Below, piece by piece: positions 35,965-49,364 of a DNA stretch of 64,000 nucleotides. Made by a program: the position numbers and the translations under genes. The first letter of the stretch is position 1; each line of letters begins with the position of its first letter. The DNA lies in NCBI GenBank assembly GCA_038087875.1, contig CM075997.1, positions 7,814,001 to 7,878,000 of the forward strand. Direction: 5' to 3'. Source of the DNA: Malacoraja senta. Lineage: Eukaryota. The notes beneath the pieces were generated by a model. It was not told the DNA's origin, made no database searches, and saw nothing but the letters and a program-made list of their open reading frames with translations.

Positions 35965-37040
35965 CATAAGGAAGAGGAGTAGAATTAGGCCATTCGGTCC
36001 ATCAAGTCAACTGTGCCATTCAATCATGGCTAATCTATCTCTCCCTCGTAACATCATTCTCCTGCCTCCTCCCCAAAATCTCTCATACCCGTACTAATCA
36101 AGTATCTATCTATCTCTGCCTTAAAAATGTCTACTGATTTGGCCTCCACAGCCTTCTGTGGCAGAAAATTCCACAGATTCACCACCCTCTGACTAAAGAT
36201 ATGTCTCCTCATCGTCTTCCTAAAAGAACGTTCTTTAATTCTGAGGCTATGACCTCTAGTCCTAGACCCTCCCACGAGTGGAAACATCCTCTACACATCC
36301 ACTCTATCTAAGCCATTCACTATTCTGCATGTTTGAATGAAGGGATGTGGATCAGGTGCAGGGAGAGATTTGTTTAGCTTAGCATCATGTTCAGCATTGT
36401 GGGCTGAAGGGTCTGTTCCTGTGCTGTACTATTCTGTGCTCCATATTACATAGAAACATAGAAAATAGGTGCAGGAGGAGGCCATTCGGCCCTTCGAGCA
36501 AGCACCGCCATTCATTGTGATCATGGCTGACCGTCCCAAATCAATAACCCGTGCCTGCCTTCTCCCCAAATCCCTTGACTCCACTAGCCCCTAGAGCTCT
36601 ATCTAACTCTCTCTTAAATCCATCCAGTGATTTGGCTTCCACTGCCCTCTGTGGCAGGGAATTCCACAAATTCACAACTCTCTGGGTGAAAACGTTTTTT
36701 CTCACCTCAGTCTTAAATGACCTCCCCTTTATTCTAAGACTGTGGCCCCTGGTTCTGGACTCGCCAAACATTGGGAAAAATTTTCCTGCATCTAGCTTGT
36801 CCAGTCCTTTTATAATTTTATATGTTTCTATAAGATCCCCCCTCATCCTAAACTCCAGTGAATACAAACCTAGTCTTTTCAATCTTTCCTCATATGACAG
36901 TCCCGCCATCCCAGGGATCAATCTCGTGAACCTACGCTGCACTGCCTCAATCACAAGGATGCCCTTCCTCAAATGAGGAGACGAAAACTGTACACAATAC
37001 TCCTGATGTGGCCTCACCAGAGCCCTATACAACTGCAGAA
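35965..37040 (-). mobile_element. CR1 3' fragments (35965-36335 and 36449-37040)
   Basis: ORFs 36054-36287 and 36541-37032 with RTRGHSLRI...RVVNLWN. Confidence 0.88.
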
Positions 37041-37494
37041 TTCTATGTTATATAGTAATCAGAAACTCAATGGTTCTGGTTGAGACCAGAAGAAATTGGC
37101 AACAAAAACATACATGAATATAGAGTGGAAAAACCTATGTATACATCCAAATTAAAATAAAAAAAATGCTGGAAATACTTAGCAGATCAGGCTAAGTGGA
37201 AGGAGAAACAGAATCAACGTTTCTGGACAGAATCTCATCAGAGAAAAGAAACAAAGGAAGCTGGGAACAGTGGGACAAGGTGTGGACAGGGTTATCAGAA
37301 GAGAGAGGGAACGGGAGCAGCTAGAGGATGAGAATGCAGACAAAAGAGTGAGGAGCAGAAAGATGTCAGCGTCATAGAGTCATAGAGTGATACAGTGTGG
37401 AAACTTGCCCACACTGGCCAACATGTCCCAACTACACTTGTCCCATCTGCCTGCGCTTGGTCCATATCCATCCAAACCTGTCCTATCCAATTAG

Positions 37495-37970
37495 TAATCC
37501 ACGTCAATTATAATATGCTATAGCAGCACATTTGGAAAGCAGTGACAGGATCGGTCAAAGTCAGCATGGGTTTATGAAGGAGATATCATGCTTGACTGAT
37601 CTTCTGGAATTTTGTGAGTAACAAGTAGAATGGATAAAGGAGAGCCAGTGGATGTGGTGTATCTGGACTTTCAAAAAGCCTTTAACATGGTCCTACACAG
37701 AGATTAGTGTGCAAAATGGGAGCATATGGTATTGGGGGTAGTGTATTGACGTGGATAGAGAACTAGTTGGCAGACAGGAAGCAAAGAGTAGGAATTAATG
37801 GGTCATTTTCAGAATGGCAGGCGGTGACTAGTGGGGTGCCGCAAGGTTCAGTGCTGGGGCCCCAGTTACTTACAATATATGTTAACGATTTAGACAAAGG
37901 AATTAAATGTAACATCTCTAAGTTTGCAGATGACACAAAGCTGTGTGGTAGTATGATCTGCGAGGAGGAT
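37495..37970 (+). mobile_element. CR1 RT fragment
   Basis: SQHGF, LDFQKAF, GVPQGSVLGP, FADD. Confidence 0.88.
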
Positions 37971-37971
37971 G

Positions 37972-38790
37972 ATATAATAATAATAATAATAATAATAGAT
38001 TTTATTTATATAGCGCTTTTCAGGACTCAAAGTCGCTTTACAATTGAGAGTCAGAAATAAACAAAACAAAATAGAGCAGTAAGACAGAGGGGAGGGGAAC
38101 ATGGGACTAAGGGTATGCAGAGGTGAAGAGATGGGTCTAGAGGCGGGACTGGAAGATGGTGAGGGACTCAGAGTTTCGGACCAGTTGTGGGAGGGAATTC
38201 CAGAGCCTGGGAGCTGCCCTGGAGAAGGCTCTGCCTCCAAAAGTGCAGAGGTTTGATTTCGGAGTGGAGAGGAGACCAGCTGATGTGGATCTGAGGGACC
38301 GTGAGGGTTGGTAGGGGGAGAGGAGGTCAGTGAGATAAGGGGGGGCCAAGTTGTTGAGGGCTTTGTAGGTGAGGACCAGGATTTTGTAGGTGATCCGGTG
38401 GGAAATGGGAAGTCAGTGAAGTTCTTTGAGAACTGGGGTGATGTGGTGCCAGGATTTGGTGTGGGTAATGAGTCGAGCGGCTGCATTCTGGACCAGTTGG
38501 AGTCGGTTGATGCTGCTGGAATTGATTCCAAAGAGAAGAGAGTTACAGTAGTCCAGTCGGGAGGAGATGAAGGCATGGATGAGTCTTTCAGCAGCGGGGG
38601 TGTGTGAGAGAGGATCTGATTTTGGCAATGTTGCGGAGGTGAAAAAATGATGTTTTGACAACATGGCGGATGTGAGGCTCAAGGGGGAGGGTTGAGTCAA
38701 AGATCACGCCAAGGTTGCGTGCCTGAGGAGATGGGGACACAGTGGTGCCGTCAATAGTGAAAGTGGGGTTGTTAATTTTAGTGAGTGTTG
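37972..38790 (-). mobile_element. L2 LINE 3' portion
   Basis: ARNLGVIFDS, LIHAFISSRLDYCNSLL, LQLVQNAAARL, APRLWNSLP; (taa)n tail. Confidence 0.92.
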
Positions 38791-38794
38791 ATTT

Positions 38795-38950
38795 AAACGT
38801 TCTCCCTGTGACCATGTAATATTCCTCTGGGTGCTCCAGTTTTCTCCCACATCCCAAAGACGTGCAGATTTCTGGGTTAATTGCCTCTGTAAATTGCAGT
38901 GTAGGTGGGTGGTAGAATCTGGGTAGAGTTGCTGACAATGTGGAGAGAAG
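38795..38950 (+). mobile_element. V-SINE (HE1-like) fragment
   Basis: V-domain ttcctctgggtgctccagttttctcccacatcccaaagac. Confidence 0.7.
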
Positions 38951-38954
38951 TAAG

Positions 38955-39125
38955 TGTAGAAACAAAGAACTGCAGATGCTGGTTCATACCAAAGAACAGG
39001 TCAGGCAGCATCTCTGGAGAAACCTCTGACTGACGAAGGGTCCTGACCCGAAACATCATCCATCCTTTTTCTCCAGACATGTTGCCTAACCGGCTGAATT
39101 ACTCCAGCACTTTCTCTCTATCTTT
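38955..39125. mobile_element. Penelope-like pLTR pieces in inverted arrangement around a hammerhead-like motif
   Basis: caggtcaggcagcatctctggagaaa is complementary to tttctccagacatgttgcctaaccgg; CTGACGA-AGGG...CCC-GAAA lies between them. Confidence 0.65.
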
Positions 39126-39494
39126 GCAGAGAATAAAGTTGGATGTGATTGTCTGAGAAGGAGCTGTGAGACAGAGTGGGGATGTTGGCAGGACTGGAGG
39201 ACTGGAGTGTAGGTGAACTGTCGAGAGCGAGGAGGGCTGTCAAGAGTGGGAAGGGGGGATGCTGAGAGTGAGGGGGCCGCCGAGAGCAATCGGGGGGGGG
39301 GGGGGGGCGAGAACAAAGGGGGGATCCTACGGGGGTGGGAGGGTGGGCACGAAGTGGTGGGCTGCTGCCACGTGATAAGTTTAACCTTGTCGGCGTCTGA
39401 AACGTGGCGACACAGCTGCATGTCTTTACTGGGTTGTTTTCAAAAAAAGCATTTCACTGTACCTAGGTACATGTGACAATAATGCATCATTGAA

Positions 39495-39870
39495 TCGTAA
39501 GGTAATCTTATAGAGGTGTATAACATCATGAAAGGAATAGATCGGGTAGATGCACAGAACCTCTTGCCCAGAGTGGATGAATCGAGGACCAGAGGACATA
39601 GGTTCAAGGTGAAGGGGAAAAGGCTTAATAGGAATCTGAAGGGTAAGTCTTTTTCACAAAGGGTGGTGGAACAAGCTGCCAGATGAGGTAGTTGAGGCTG
39701 GGACTATCCCAATGTTTAAGAAACAGTTAGACAGGTGCATGGATAGGACAGGTTTGGACGGATATTGGCCAAGCACAGGCAGTTGGGACTAGTGCAGCTG
39801 GGACATGTTGGCTGGTGTGGGCAAGTATGGTCAAAGGTCATGTTTGCACACTGTATCACTCTATGACTCT
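39495..39870 (+). mobile_element. CR1 3' fragment
   Basis: RTRGH/NKLPDEVVEAG homology and ctctatga tail. Confidence 0.8.
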
Positions 39871-40094
39871 GTTCAGCGGTCATGGAGTTCAAGAGGCCAG
39901 GATGTACAAGTGGTTTGGGTGAAGAGCACAAGTAATAAAGGGGAGGATATCGCTTGTGGGGACGGTGTCCTGACCTTCACACAGTACTTCACCCGAGGGG
40001 ACAGAGTATAAAGGCAGATAGAATTGGTGCCTCTCATTGTTTTAGATGCAAATCCACAGTCCTGTGCTACCTCACAGGTAAGTTCATGTTTAGA

Positions 40095-40775
40095 TATTTG
40101 TTTAGAGATACAGCATGAAAACAGTCCCTTCGCCTCACCAAAACCGTGCCGACCATTGATTATCTGTGCACACTTGTTTTACGTTATTCATAGAAATATA
40201 GAAAATAGGTGCAGGAGGAGGCCATTCGGCCCTTCGAGCCAGCACCGCCATTCATTGTGATCATGGCTGATCGTCCCCTATCAATAACCCGTGCCTGTCT
40301 TCTCCCCATATCCCTTGACTCAACTAGCCCCTGGAGCTCTATCTAACTCTCTCTTAAATCCATCCAGTGATTTGGCCTCCACTGCCCTCTGTGGCAGGGA
40401 ATTCCATAAATTCACAACTCTCTGGGTGAAAACGTTTTTTCTCACCTTAGTCTTAAATGACCTCCCCTTTATTCTAAGACTGTGGCCCCTGGTTCTGGAC
40501 TCGCCCAACATTGGGAACATTTTTCCTGCATCTAGCTTGTCCACTTTCCTATCCACTTCCACTTTCCCATTCCACTTTCTCATCCACGCCCTACACACTA
40601 GGTGCAATTTACACATATCTTTGGGATGTAGGAGGAAACAGCAGTATCTGGAGGAAGCCCATTCAGTCACAGGGAGAACGTGCAAACTCCACGCGGACAG
40701 CACCCAAGGTCAGGATCGAGCACGGGTCTCTGGTGCTGTGAGGCAGCAGCTCTACCAGCTGTGCCACTGTGCCGC
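40095..40775 (-). mobile_element. V-SINE split by a CR1 3' end (40188-40543)
   Basis: tRNA-like head with B box at ~40710-40775, V-domain, CR1-like tail at ~40100; nested CR1 with an atagaaa tail. Confidence 0.75.
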
Positions 40776-41924
40776 ATCATAGGTATGTCTGCTGCATATT
40801 TCTTGTTCTTTGGGCACACATAGTACATGGTGTGCATATCGTCAAATCAATAACTAATATTATTTACAAACCCAGCTCTCACAACAGCTAATAATTAGCC
40901 CTGCTTCTTGTTCAACATAAACAAATCGGGTATGACTCACTTGGCCCTGGCTAATCACATAGAACGTCAAACAGTATGGCCCTTTGGTCCACAATGTCTG
41001 TGCCGAACATGATGCCAACTCAAACTAACCCCCTCAGCCAGCACATGAACCTCAGTCCACTGGTGCCAAAGTAGAGGGGCACAAACGTTTGGAGTGGGAG
41101 AAACTTTGAGGATCAATTGTGACCATGAAATCCACTGTCACTGAAGCAGCAGGATTCGTTGGAATTCTCTGCCTCAGAGGGTGGTGGAGGCAGGTTCTCT
41201 GTATAGTTTCAAGAGAGAGCTAGGTAGGGCTCTTAAAGATAGCGGAGTCAGGGGATATGGGGTGAAGGCAGGAACGGGGTACTGATTGGGGATGATCAGC
41301 CATGATCACATTGAATGGCGGTGCTGCCTCGAAGGGCCGAATGGCCTACTCCTGCACCTATTGTCTATTGATTGTTGTGAAGTAGGGTTGGTATCCCTCA
41401 CTGCAGAGGACCAGGCCCTTCAGCCCATCATGTTGGTGTTGAATATGATGCCAAGTAAAATTGATCTCTTCTGCCTGATTCATATCCCTCCATTCCCTAT
41501 ATAGCCAGGTGCCTGACAAAATGCCTATTAAAACCCACAATCAATAAACAATAGACAATAGGTGCAAGAGTAGGCCATTCGGCCCTTTGAGCCAGCACCG
41601 CCATTCAATGTGATCATGGCTGATCATCCCCAATCAGTACCGCGTTCCTGCCTTCTCCCCATATCCCCTGACTTCGCTATTTTTAAGAGCCCTATCTAGC
41701 TCTCTCTGGAAAGCATCCAGAGAACCGGCCTCCGGAGAGAGCATCCAGAGAATCATACCTGCTTCCGGCAGTGTGCTCCAAGCATCTACCCACCCTCTGT
41801 GTAAAATCTTACCCCTTTAAACTTTGTCCCTCTCACCTCAAAGCGATTCCATCCAGTCTTTGACATTTCCAGCCTGTCTGTATCTCTGTGAAGTCTTCTT
41901 AGATACAGGTTTACTATATTTCTA

Positions 41925-42215
41925 TTAGCGCGGCCTCACAATGCCAGAAACCCGGGTTCAATCCTGATCATTGGTTCTGTCTATGAGAAGTTAGTACGTT
42001 CTCTCTGTGACCACATGGGTTTTCTCTGGGTGATCCGGTTTCCTCCCACATCCCCAAAATGTGCAGCTTTACAATGTTAATCAGCCTCTATAAATTGCCT
42101 CTAGTGTGAAGGGAGTGGATGCTAATGTGGAATAACATAGGACTTGTGTAACTGGGTGATCAAAGTTCAGCTTGGACTCGGTGGGCCCAAGGGTCTGTTT
42201 TCATGCTGCATATTT
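41925..42215 (+). mobile_element. V-SINE (HE1-like)
   Basis: cccgggttcaatcc B box, V-domain, CR1-like 3' end. Confidence 0.78.
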
Positions 42216-42337
42216 CAAGCAATTCCAGGTCTCCCCTCAACCTCTGACGCTCCAGAGAAATCATTGATGGCTTGGACAATGCACATTGTAATGAAACGCA
42301 TGCAGATGCTGCTGCAACCGGGCATGTTTTGACTCAC

Positions 42338-42447
42338 CACGAGGAACTCCCTCAGATGGGCCTGGACATCGTGCTGGTGAATGTTGTAGAGAGCTGCCGC
42401 AATCTCATTGATGGCTTTGGGCAAACAATGGATGTTGTTCCGGTGAC
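42338..42447 (-). CDS. nckap1l: nckap1l internal exon (110 bp)
   Basis: actcag|(G)HRNNIHCLPKAINEIAAALYNIHQHDVQAHLREFLV|gtgagt. Confidence 0.93.
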
Positions 42448-43450
42448 CTGAGTGTAAAAGATGGACAAAATGAACGTGCAGGGAGACACAAGCCATTGAT
42501 GAACACTGTGGGAGCAGCAGAACAGAGGCTCAGCCACTGGACCTGTGCACAAAGACAGCACTCTACGCTGAGAGCAGCAGTCCATTGGCTGGGGAGTATC
42601 AGCAGACTGCTGCAGGGAGAGTACTGCCTCACTATTCCGCCTTTCTGTCCCCTCGCATTTTTATTTAGTTTATTATTGTCATGTGTACTAACGTACAGTG
42701 AAGAGCTTTTGTTTTCATGCTATCCAGTCAAAGTAAAGACCATACACAATTAGAATCAAACTGTCCACAGTGCACACATAAAGGATAAACGATAAAGGTA
42801 CAACATTCAGATTAAAGATGGTTCAAAGGTCTCCAATGAGGTAGATGGGAGGTGAGGACCGCACTCCTGCTGATGAGAGGACGGTTCAGTTGCCTGATAA
42901 CAGCCGGACTCTCTCACCCCTCTCCCATGCAATCTCCAAATCACCCAGTACATCTCCCTCATGCAGTTAGTCTCTTTTTCTCTCCTGAAATCAATCTTCC
43001 CTCTCCCTCTCCTGCAATCTCTCCTTCTCTCTCCTGCAATAAGTCTGCTCCCTCAACATCACCGATCTGCAACATCCCACTCTGTCCCCTCTCACTCAGT
43101 CACTTTCCTTTCCATGGGCTCCCTTTCCCACTGCATTTTCCCATTCCCTGCAATTGTATGTTCTCTCTCCCTGCTATTTTTACTCTCCGTCTCTCCCTAA
43201 TATTTATCTCTTTCCTTGATAGTTCTCTCTCTGACTCTCCATCATCCCCTTCTCTTCCCTCCCTATCTCCACACTTTGTTGTGTCTCTTTGTCACCTCTT
43301 GCTGTTCCCACCCCCAATATTTCCTCTCCCATTTCTCTCCTCTCCCTTCATGTAATTTACTCTCTGCTGCCAACTATTGCAAATTACTCCCAGTCATTAT
43401 TATCATGACTAGGTGCTTGATCCCTGATGTGAATAGGATTTGCCACTTAC

Positions 43451-43564
43451 CCTGGTGCTCCTGATTGTAGATAGACATGGGGTCCATGGCAAGAGAAGGC
43501 AGGGAGACAGCGATATAAATCAGGAGAAGGCAGGTCAGTCTGTATTCTTCTTCAGACAAGTTCT
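43451..43564 (-). CDS. nckap1l: nckap1l internal exon (114 bp)
   Basis: cttcag|(E)[37 protein letters not shown](G)|gtaagt. Confidence 0.92.
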
Positions 43565-43694
43565 CTGAAGATAAAGCAGTGATCCATCAGCAGACATTTA
43601 CTGGGTAATAAATAATATTTTGAAAGTGGATGATGCAAGAAAAATCCCACAAAATCTTTGCTGCATCATCTGAAGGCATTTGCTGCATCAAACA

Positions 43695-44010
43695 AGTGGG
43701 CGGCACAGTAGCGGTGAGCTGCTGCCTCACAATGCACGACACCCGGGTTCAATTCTGATCTCGAGTGTTGTCTGTGTGGAGTTTGCACATTCTCTGTCAC
43801 CGTGTGGGTTTCCTCCAGGAGCTTCAGTTTCCCCCGCATCCCAAAGGCATGCAGGTTTGTAGGTTTAATGGCGGCTGTAAAATAGCCCCTTGTGTGTAGG
43901 GAGTGGATGAGAAAATAGGATAACATAGAACTAGTGTGAACGGGTAATTGATGGACATTGTGGACTTGATAGGCTGAAAGGCCTGTCTCCATGCCATATC
44001 TCTAAATTAA
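43695..44010 (+). mobile_element. Full-length V-SINE (HE1-like)
   Basis: ggcggcacagtagcgg head, GGTTCAATTC B box, V-domain, CR1-derived tail. Confidence 0.82.
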
Positions 44011-44152
44011 AGTTTGCAAATGACGCTGAATTGGGTGGTATTCTAGATAGCGATGATGGCTGTGAAAGATTACAACAGGATCCTGATTAGTTTGGCAAGT
44101 GGGCTGTGGACATTTCGGCATTAATGGAGTTGAATGCAGAAAAGTGCAAGGT

Positions 44153-45645
44153 TGTGGAGCCACCTAGTGGTTAGGCCACTTACTGGGCGAACCCTCGGCA
44201 CTTGGGCTGGCAGGGTCACGTGACTGTGTTTGGCGGGAAGGTGTTGTCACGTGGTTAAGGAGTGTGCCCTGGTATATATAGAGAGCCTTGGGAAAACTCT
44301 CCCCAGTCACGTGTGTGCTGTTCTCTGTATTACCTCAATAAAGACCACTTTGATTCCCAAAGCGTGGCTCGCTATTGTGGTGACCCCAACGATACAAAAT
44401 GGTTATTTTAGATTTGCACAATGGAAGCAGCCAACGATCAACCCTAGCAACATGGAATCGCTGTCGATCCGGCCTAGCAGAATGCCGTCTTGCTTAAGCA
44501 GCTGGTGTTCCGGACATCGCAGCCCCAAGTATGGTTCCAGCAGGCCGAGGCCCAGTTCCATATTCAACACATCACGGCCAATGATACCAAGTACTATTAC
44601 GTGGTTGGCGGACTGGATCAGGAGATGGCCGGTCGCCTGGTCCATTACCTACGCGCGCCGTCGGCTGCGGAGAAATATGCAGGCCTCAAGGTGCTCCTAC
44701 TTCGTACCTTTGGGCTCAGCCGCCATGACCGCGCAGCAATCATCATGCACATGGGCGGTCTCGGCGATTGCAAGCCATCTGTACTGATGAGTGAAATGCT
44801 AACCTTAATGGATGGTCATCAGCCCTGCCTTCGCTTCGAACACTACTTCTTGGAGCAAATGCCGGACGACATCCGCCTGCTTCTCGCAAGTGAGAATTTC
44901 GCTGACCCCCTGCAGCTAGTGGAACGTGCAGACGAGCTGTGGCAGTCTAAACAGCAGAGTGGCGCTGCAATCGATCGGGTGTCGGCAGTGCCTTGGAAGG
45001 CCCAGCGACTGGGCCCTGAATCCACTGGAGGAAACGCCGGGGCCAGCCGCAAGTAGTCAATGCGGCGGTTGGCCAGAAACTCCGCCTCTACGTTTGGAAC
45101 TGACATTCCGGACGAAGGTTGCTCGATGACACGGGTGCAGAATTTAGCGTGTTGCCCCCATCGGGGGTGTATACTCCTTCTGGCCGGCGGGGGCCCTCTC
45201 TAACTGTGGCAAAGAGCAGCTCCATCCGGAAATATGGGTTTTGTACCGTCCCGCTCATCTTTGGCCCCTGCCATTTTACCTGGACTTTTACGGTTGCCGA
45301 CATCCCACAGCTGTTGCTGGGTGCTGATTTCCTCTCGGCACAATCCCTGTTGGTGGATGTGATGGGGCATGGCCTTGTTCATCTGCCAGTTCATTTTCAT
45401 TCCTCCAGTTCTGGGGGGGGTCCTGTAATGCCACCTAGTAGTTAGGCCACTTACTGGGCGAACCCTCGGCACCTGGGCTGGCAGAGTCACGTGACTGTGT
45501 TTGGCGGTAAGAAGTCGTCACATGGTTGAGGGTTGTGCCCTGGTATATATAGAGCCCTGGGAAAACCCTCCCCAATCGCGTGTGTGCTGTTCTCTGTATT
45601 ATATTAATAATGATCACTTTGATTCACAACGCGTGGCTCGCTATA
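44153..45645 (+). mobile_element. Internally deleted CsRn1-like LTR element (LTR-gag-PR-PPT-LTR) inside an old CR1
   Basis: LTRs ~44153-44376 and 45424-45645; AGGT TSD; PBS tggtgacccc (tRNA-Trp); gag 44490-45056; DTGAEFSVLP; G-run PPT; related to the 19058 element. Confidence 0.9.
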
Positions 45646-45649
45646 AGGT

Positions 45650-46400
45650 ATTGCATTAAGACAGACCAGGGCAATACCTACACAGTGAATGGCAGGGCTC
45701 TGGGGAGTGTTGTCAAGCAGAGGGATCAAGGAGAGAATGTAGATATAGTTCCTTGAAGGTGGCATGACAGGCCGATAGGATGGTCAAGAAATCTTCGGTG
45801 CATTAGCCTTCGTAGATCAGGGTTCCGAGTATAGAAGTTGGGATGTATGTTACAGTTGTACAAGATGTTGGTGAGGCCACATTTGGAGTATTGTGTTCAA
45901 TTTTGGACACCCTGCTGCAGGAAAGATTTTGTTACGCTGGAAAGAGTGCCAAGAAGATTTACAAACCAGTGGCCAGGACTGGCGGGCCTGAGGAACAGGG
46001 ATAGGTTGGGAAGGCAAGTATATTATTTCTTTGAGCACAGGAGGGGTGCTTGTAGAAGTGTATTAGAGCATGAGGGAAATACATAGAGTAAATGCATATG
46101 GTATTTAACCCAGGGTAGGGTGAATCAAGAACCAGTGGACATAGGTTTAATGTGAGAGGGGAAAGGAATCTGAGGTGCAACATTTCCCACAGAGGGTGGC
46201 GGATATATGGAATGAGCTGTCGGAGGAAGTAGTTGAGGCAGGTACTATAACCACATTTAAAAGACATTTGGACAGGTACGTGGACAGGAAAGGGTCAGAG
46301 AGATATAGGCAAACATGATGTGGTGGGACGAGTATGGTTGGGGCAGCTTGGTCAGCATGGGCCAGTTAGGGTGAAAGGCTTGTTTTTTGCTGTATGACAC
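45650..46400 (+). mobile_element. Old CR1 3' portion (continues 44010-44152)
   Basis: [17 protein letters not shown] etc. Confidence 0.8.
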
Positions 46401-47859
46401 TAAACTAAAATGTTTTCTATGTCAGATGGCATTTAATCTGGATCTGTGAGGTGTTGCAATTTGCAAGGTCAATCACAAGGGGAATGTATACAGTAAATGA
46501 CAGGAGACTTAGGGGAAGTGGTAACACTGGTAGATAGACTGGTAAAGAAGACATGTGGTATGCTTGCCTTCATCGGTCTGGGCATTCCCGAAATGTTGCC
46601 AAAACGGTACACGATAGTGCCACAAATTTAGGCCCACCTTACTCAACATTGTCCTGCAGTGTGCATTAGCCAGGTTTCGTTCAGATTTATGTTATATTTT
46701 ACAAGTTATTGACATTAAAAATTTTAATTAATTTAAAACAGCGCCCCCACTTGGTGGCGGTGCCTGCGGAGTTGGGGGATGGTTCCCATCCATGTCACAA
46801 CGGGGATCTCTGTTGTCACAACGGGAACCCGTCAGTTGGGGCTTTTGCCGATTTTCAAATCACCATTTTTTTTCCGCCTGCACTTGCCTAGCCTCACAAC
46901 GGGGAACCAACATTGTTAAGTTTCCTTCCATTTTACAAACGTCTCCAAGGGTGGTCTCTTCACTTTATTAACTTAATTTCTACCGTCAACGGCACAACTT
47001 TGAACACGACAGTCGTGGCTGCGCAGTGTGGGTCCGTCAGCTGCACCTGCGCAGTTTGCTGAAATACTGCGTTGGGGGAGCGGGACTGCACTTGTTCACT
47101 ATAACAGTCAGGAAGTCATGTTGCAGCTGGCTTGACATCACTTGCAATATTGTGTGCCATTCCGGTCACCCCATTAAAGGGAGGCTTTGGAGAGGGTGCA
47201 GAAGACGTTTACCACAATTCTGCCTGAATTGGAGAATATTGGAGAGCTGAAAAAACTTCAATTGTTGTATCTGGAACATCCGAGGTCCAGGGAAGACCCA
47301 TTGCAACTTTATACAATTATAAAAGCCATTTTCCTTGGGTGGAAGTATCAAAAACTAAAGGGCATAGCTTGATGGTGAAAGGGGCAAAGTTTAAAGGAGA
47401 TGTTAGAGAGAGTGTAGTGAGCACCTGGACTGGAGGTGAAGGGAGATACAATAGTGGCACTCACGAGGCTTTCAGGTGGAAATACAGGCAATAGAGGGAT
47501 ATGGATCATGTGCAGGCAGAGATTACTTTAACTTGGCATCACGTCCGACACCAGCATGGTGGGCTGAAGGGCCTATTCCTCTGCTGTGCTTTTTAATGAG
47601 GAATACTTCATGTTGAATCCTTTTGCTTCAGTGAGTGGATCTCATGGTCACAATTGATCCTGTGAGACTCTCGCATTCCAAACATTTGTCCTGCTCAACT
47701 ATGGGACCACTGATAAAAACTCACTGCTGTAGAAAGGCTGACCATCTCCCATGGTCCTGCTACTCCCACTCATCTCCCCTCTGCTGTCGCCAGCGTCCCA
47801 ATCTATCTCCCCTTCTCCTAGGTGCAAAGTGCACTGCTTAGTTTAATTAAAGTTTAGTT

Positions 47860-48155
47860 TAGTTTCGAGATACAGCACAGAAACATTGCCTTCGACCCAC
47901 CGCGTCCACACCGGCCAGCAATCCCTGTGCACTAGCACTATCTTACAAACTGGAAACAATTTACAATATTTACCAAAGCCAATTCACCTACTAACTTGCA
48001 TGTCTTTAGAGTGTGGGAGGAAACCAGAGCACCCAGATAAAAACCTGATGGCCACAAGGAAAATGTACAAACTCCGTACAGGCAGCACCCGTAGTCAAGA
48101 TGGAACCCGGCTCTCTTGCGCTCTAAGGCAGCGGCTCTACCGCTGCGCCACCATG
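47860..48155 (-). mobile_element. V-SINE
   Basis: tRNA-like head at ~48155, V-domain, (ttagt)n tail. Confidence 0.75.
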
Positions 48156-48258
48156 CCAGTCTTATCGGGATGATGTGCAGGGTCCACAGATCTCACTGGC
48201 AATCCTGTCACTGCCACTCACCTCCCCTCTGCGGTCCCCAGTGCCCCAGTGAACCTAC

Positions 48259-48352
48259 CCTTCTTCTGGGTGGAGAGGGCAGTAACAAGTGCTGGGTCCA
48301 CAGTGCAGCGAGCCCCTGCCGCAGATGTCAGTTCATAGATGGCCAGCATATC
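48259..48352 (-). CDS. nckap1l: nckap1l internal exon (94 bp)
   Basis: ttctgcag|DMLAIYELTSAAGARCTVDPALVTALSTQKK(E)|gtaggt. Confidence 0.92.
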
Positions 48353-48837
48353 CTGCAGAAAATGAGAGGGGAACGTTTACGTCAGTTCTCCATCACCGTG
48401 TTACAGATGGATGCGGCTAGGAGCTGTAGAGCCAATAGCACCACAAAGGTGTGTGAAGACCGGACTCATTTTCTCCTGATCAGTTCTTTAGAAGCTTGAT
48501 GGTTTTCGCATCAGACATGCAACCCAGTGGCTGAATAGCTCGCCATGGAAGGTTGTCAAATGTAGGTCATATATAATATTTTGTGAAGAAGCGTCTTGAC
48601 CTGAAATGTTATCCATTCCTTCTCTCCAGAGATGCTGCCCTGTCCCGTTGCGTTACTCCAGCTTTTTATCTCTATCTTCATTTTCTACTTACTTTTGCTG
48701 GATATTGGATCCAATGTGGATTCAGTTTGGTGCTCTGCATCAGATCCCACAGCAATTTATTATTTGATAGTCTGTCTTGCGGGACCTTGTCAAGATGTTT
48801 GCTTAATCAAAGTCATAGAATTATACAGCATGGAAAC

Positions 48838-49272
48838 ATAGAAAACAGGTGCAGGAGTAAGCCATTCGGCCCTTCGAGCCTGCACCGCCATTCAATATGA
48901 TCATGGCTGATCATCCAACTCAGTATCCTGTACCTGCCTTCTCTCCATACCCCCTGATCCCTTTAGCCACAAGGGCCACATCTAACTCCCTCTTAAATAT
49001 AGCCAATGAACTGGCCTCAACTACCTTCTGTTGCAGAGAGTTCCAGAGATTCACCACTCTCTGTGTGAAAAATGTTTTTCTCATCTCGGTCCTAAAGGAT
49101 TTCCTCTTTATCCTTAAACTGTGACCCCTTGTCCTGGACTTCCCCAACATCGGGAACAATGTTCCTGCATCTAGGCTGTCCAACCCCTTAAGAATTTTGT
49201 ACGTTTCTATAAGATTCCCCCTTATAGAAACTTACAAAATTCTTAAGGGGTTGGACAGGCTAGATGCAGGAA
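48838..49272 (-). mobile_element. CR1 3' end with a 5' inverted duplication
   Basis: Minus copy to 49220, then plus copy 49221-49272; gaaaca on both flanks. Confidence 0.88.
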
Positions 49273-49364
49273 GAAACAAACCCTTTGGCACACCTTGGCA
49301 TTATGGTCTAGTCCCATCTGCCCGCATTTGGCTCATATTCTTCCAAAACCTTCCCATCCACATA

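Noticed and set aside
44490..45056. Domesticated gag gene
   Set aside because: Frameshift after the likely ATG (~44421), still flanked by LTRs, no evidence of selection
46585..47095. Repeat-like segment interrupting an old CR1
   Set aside because: Probably a non-autonomous element, but I could not define termini, TSD or family
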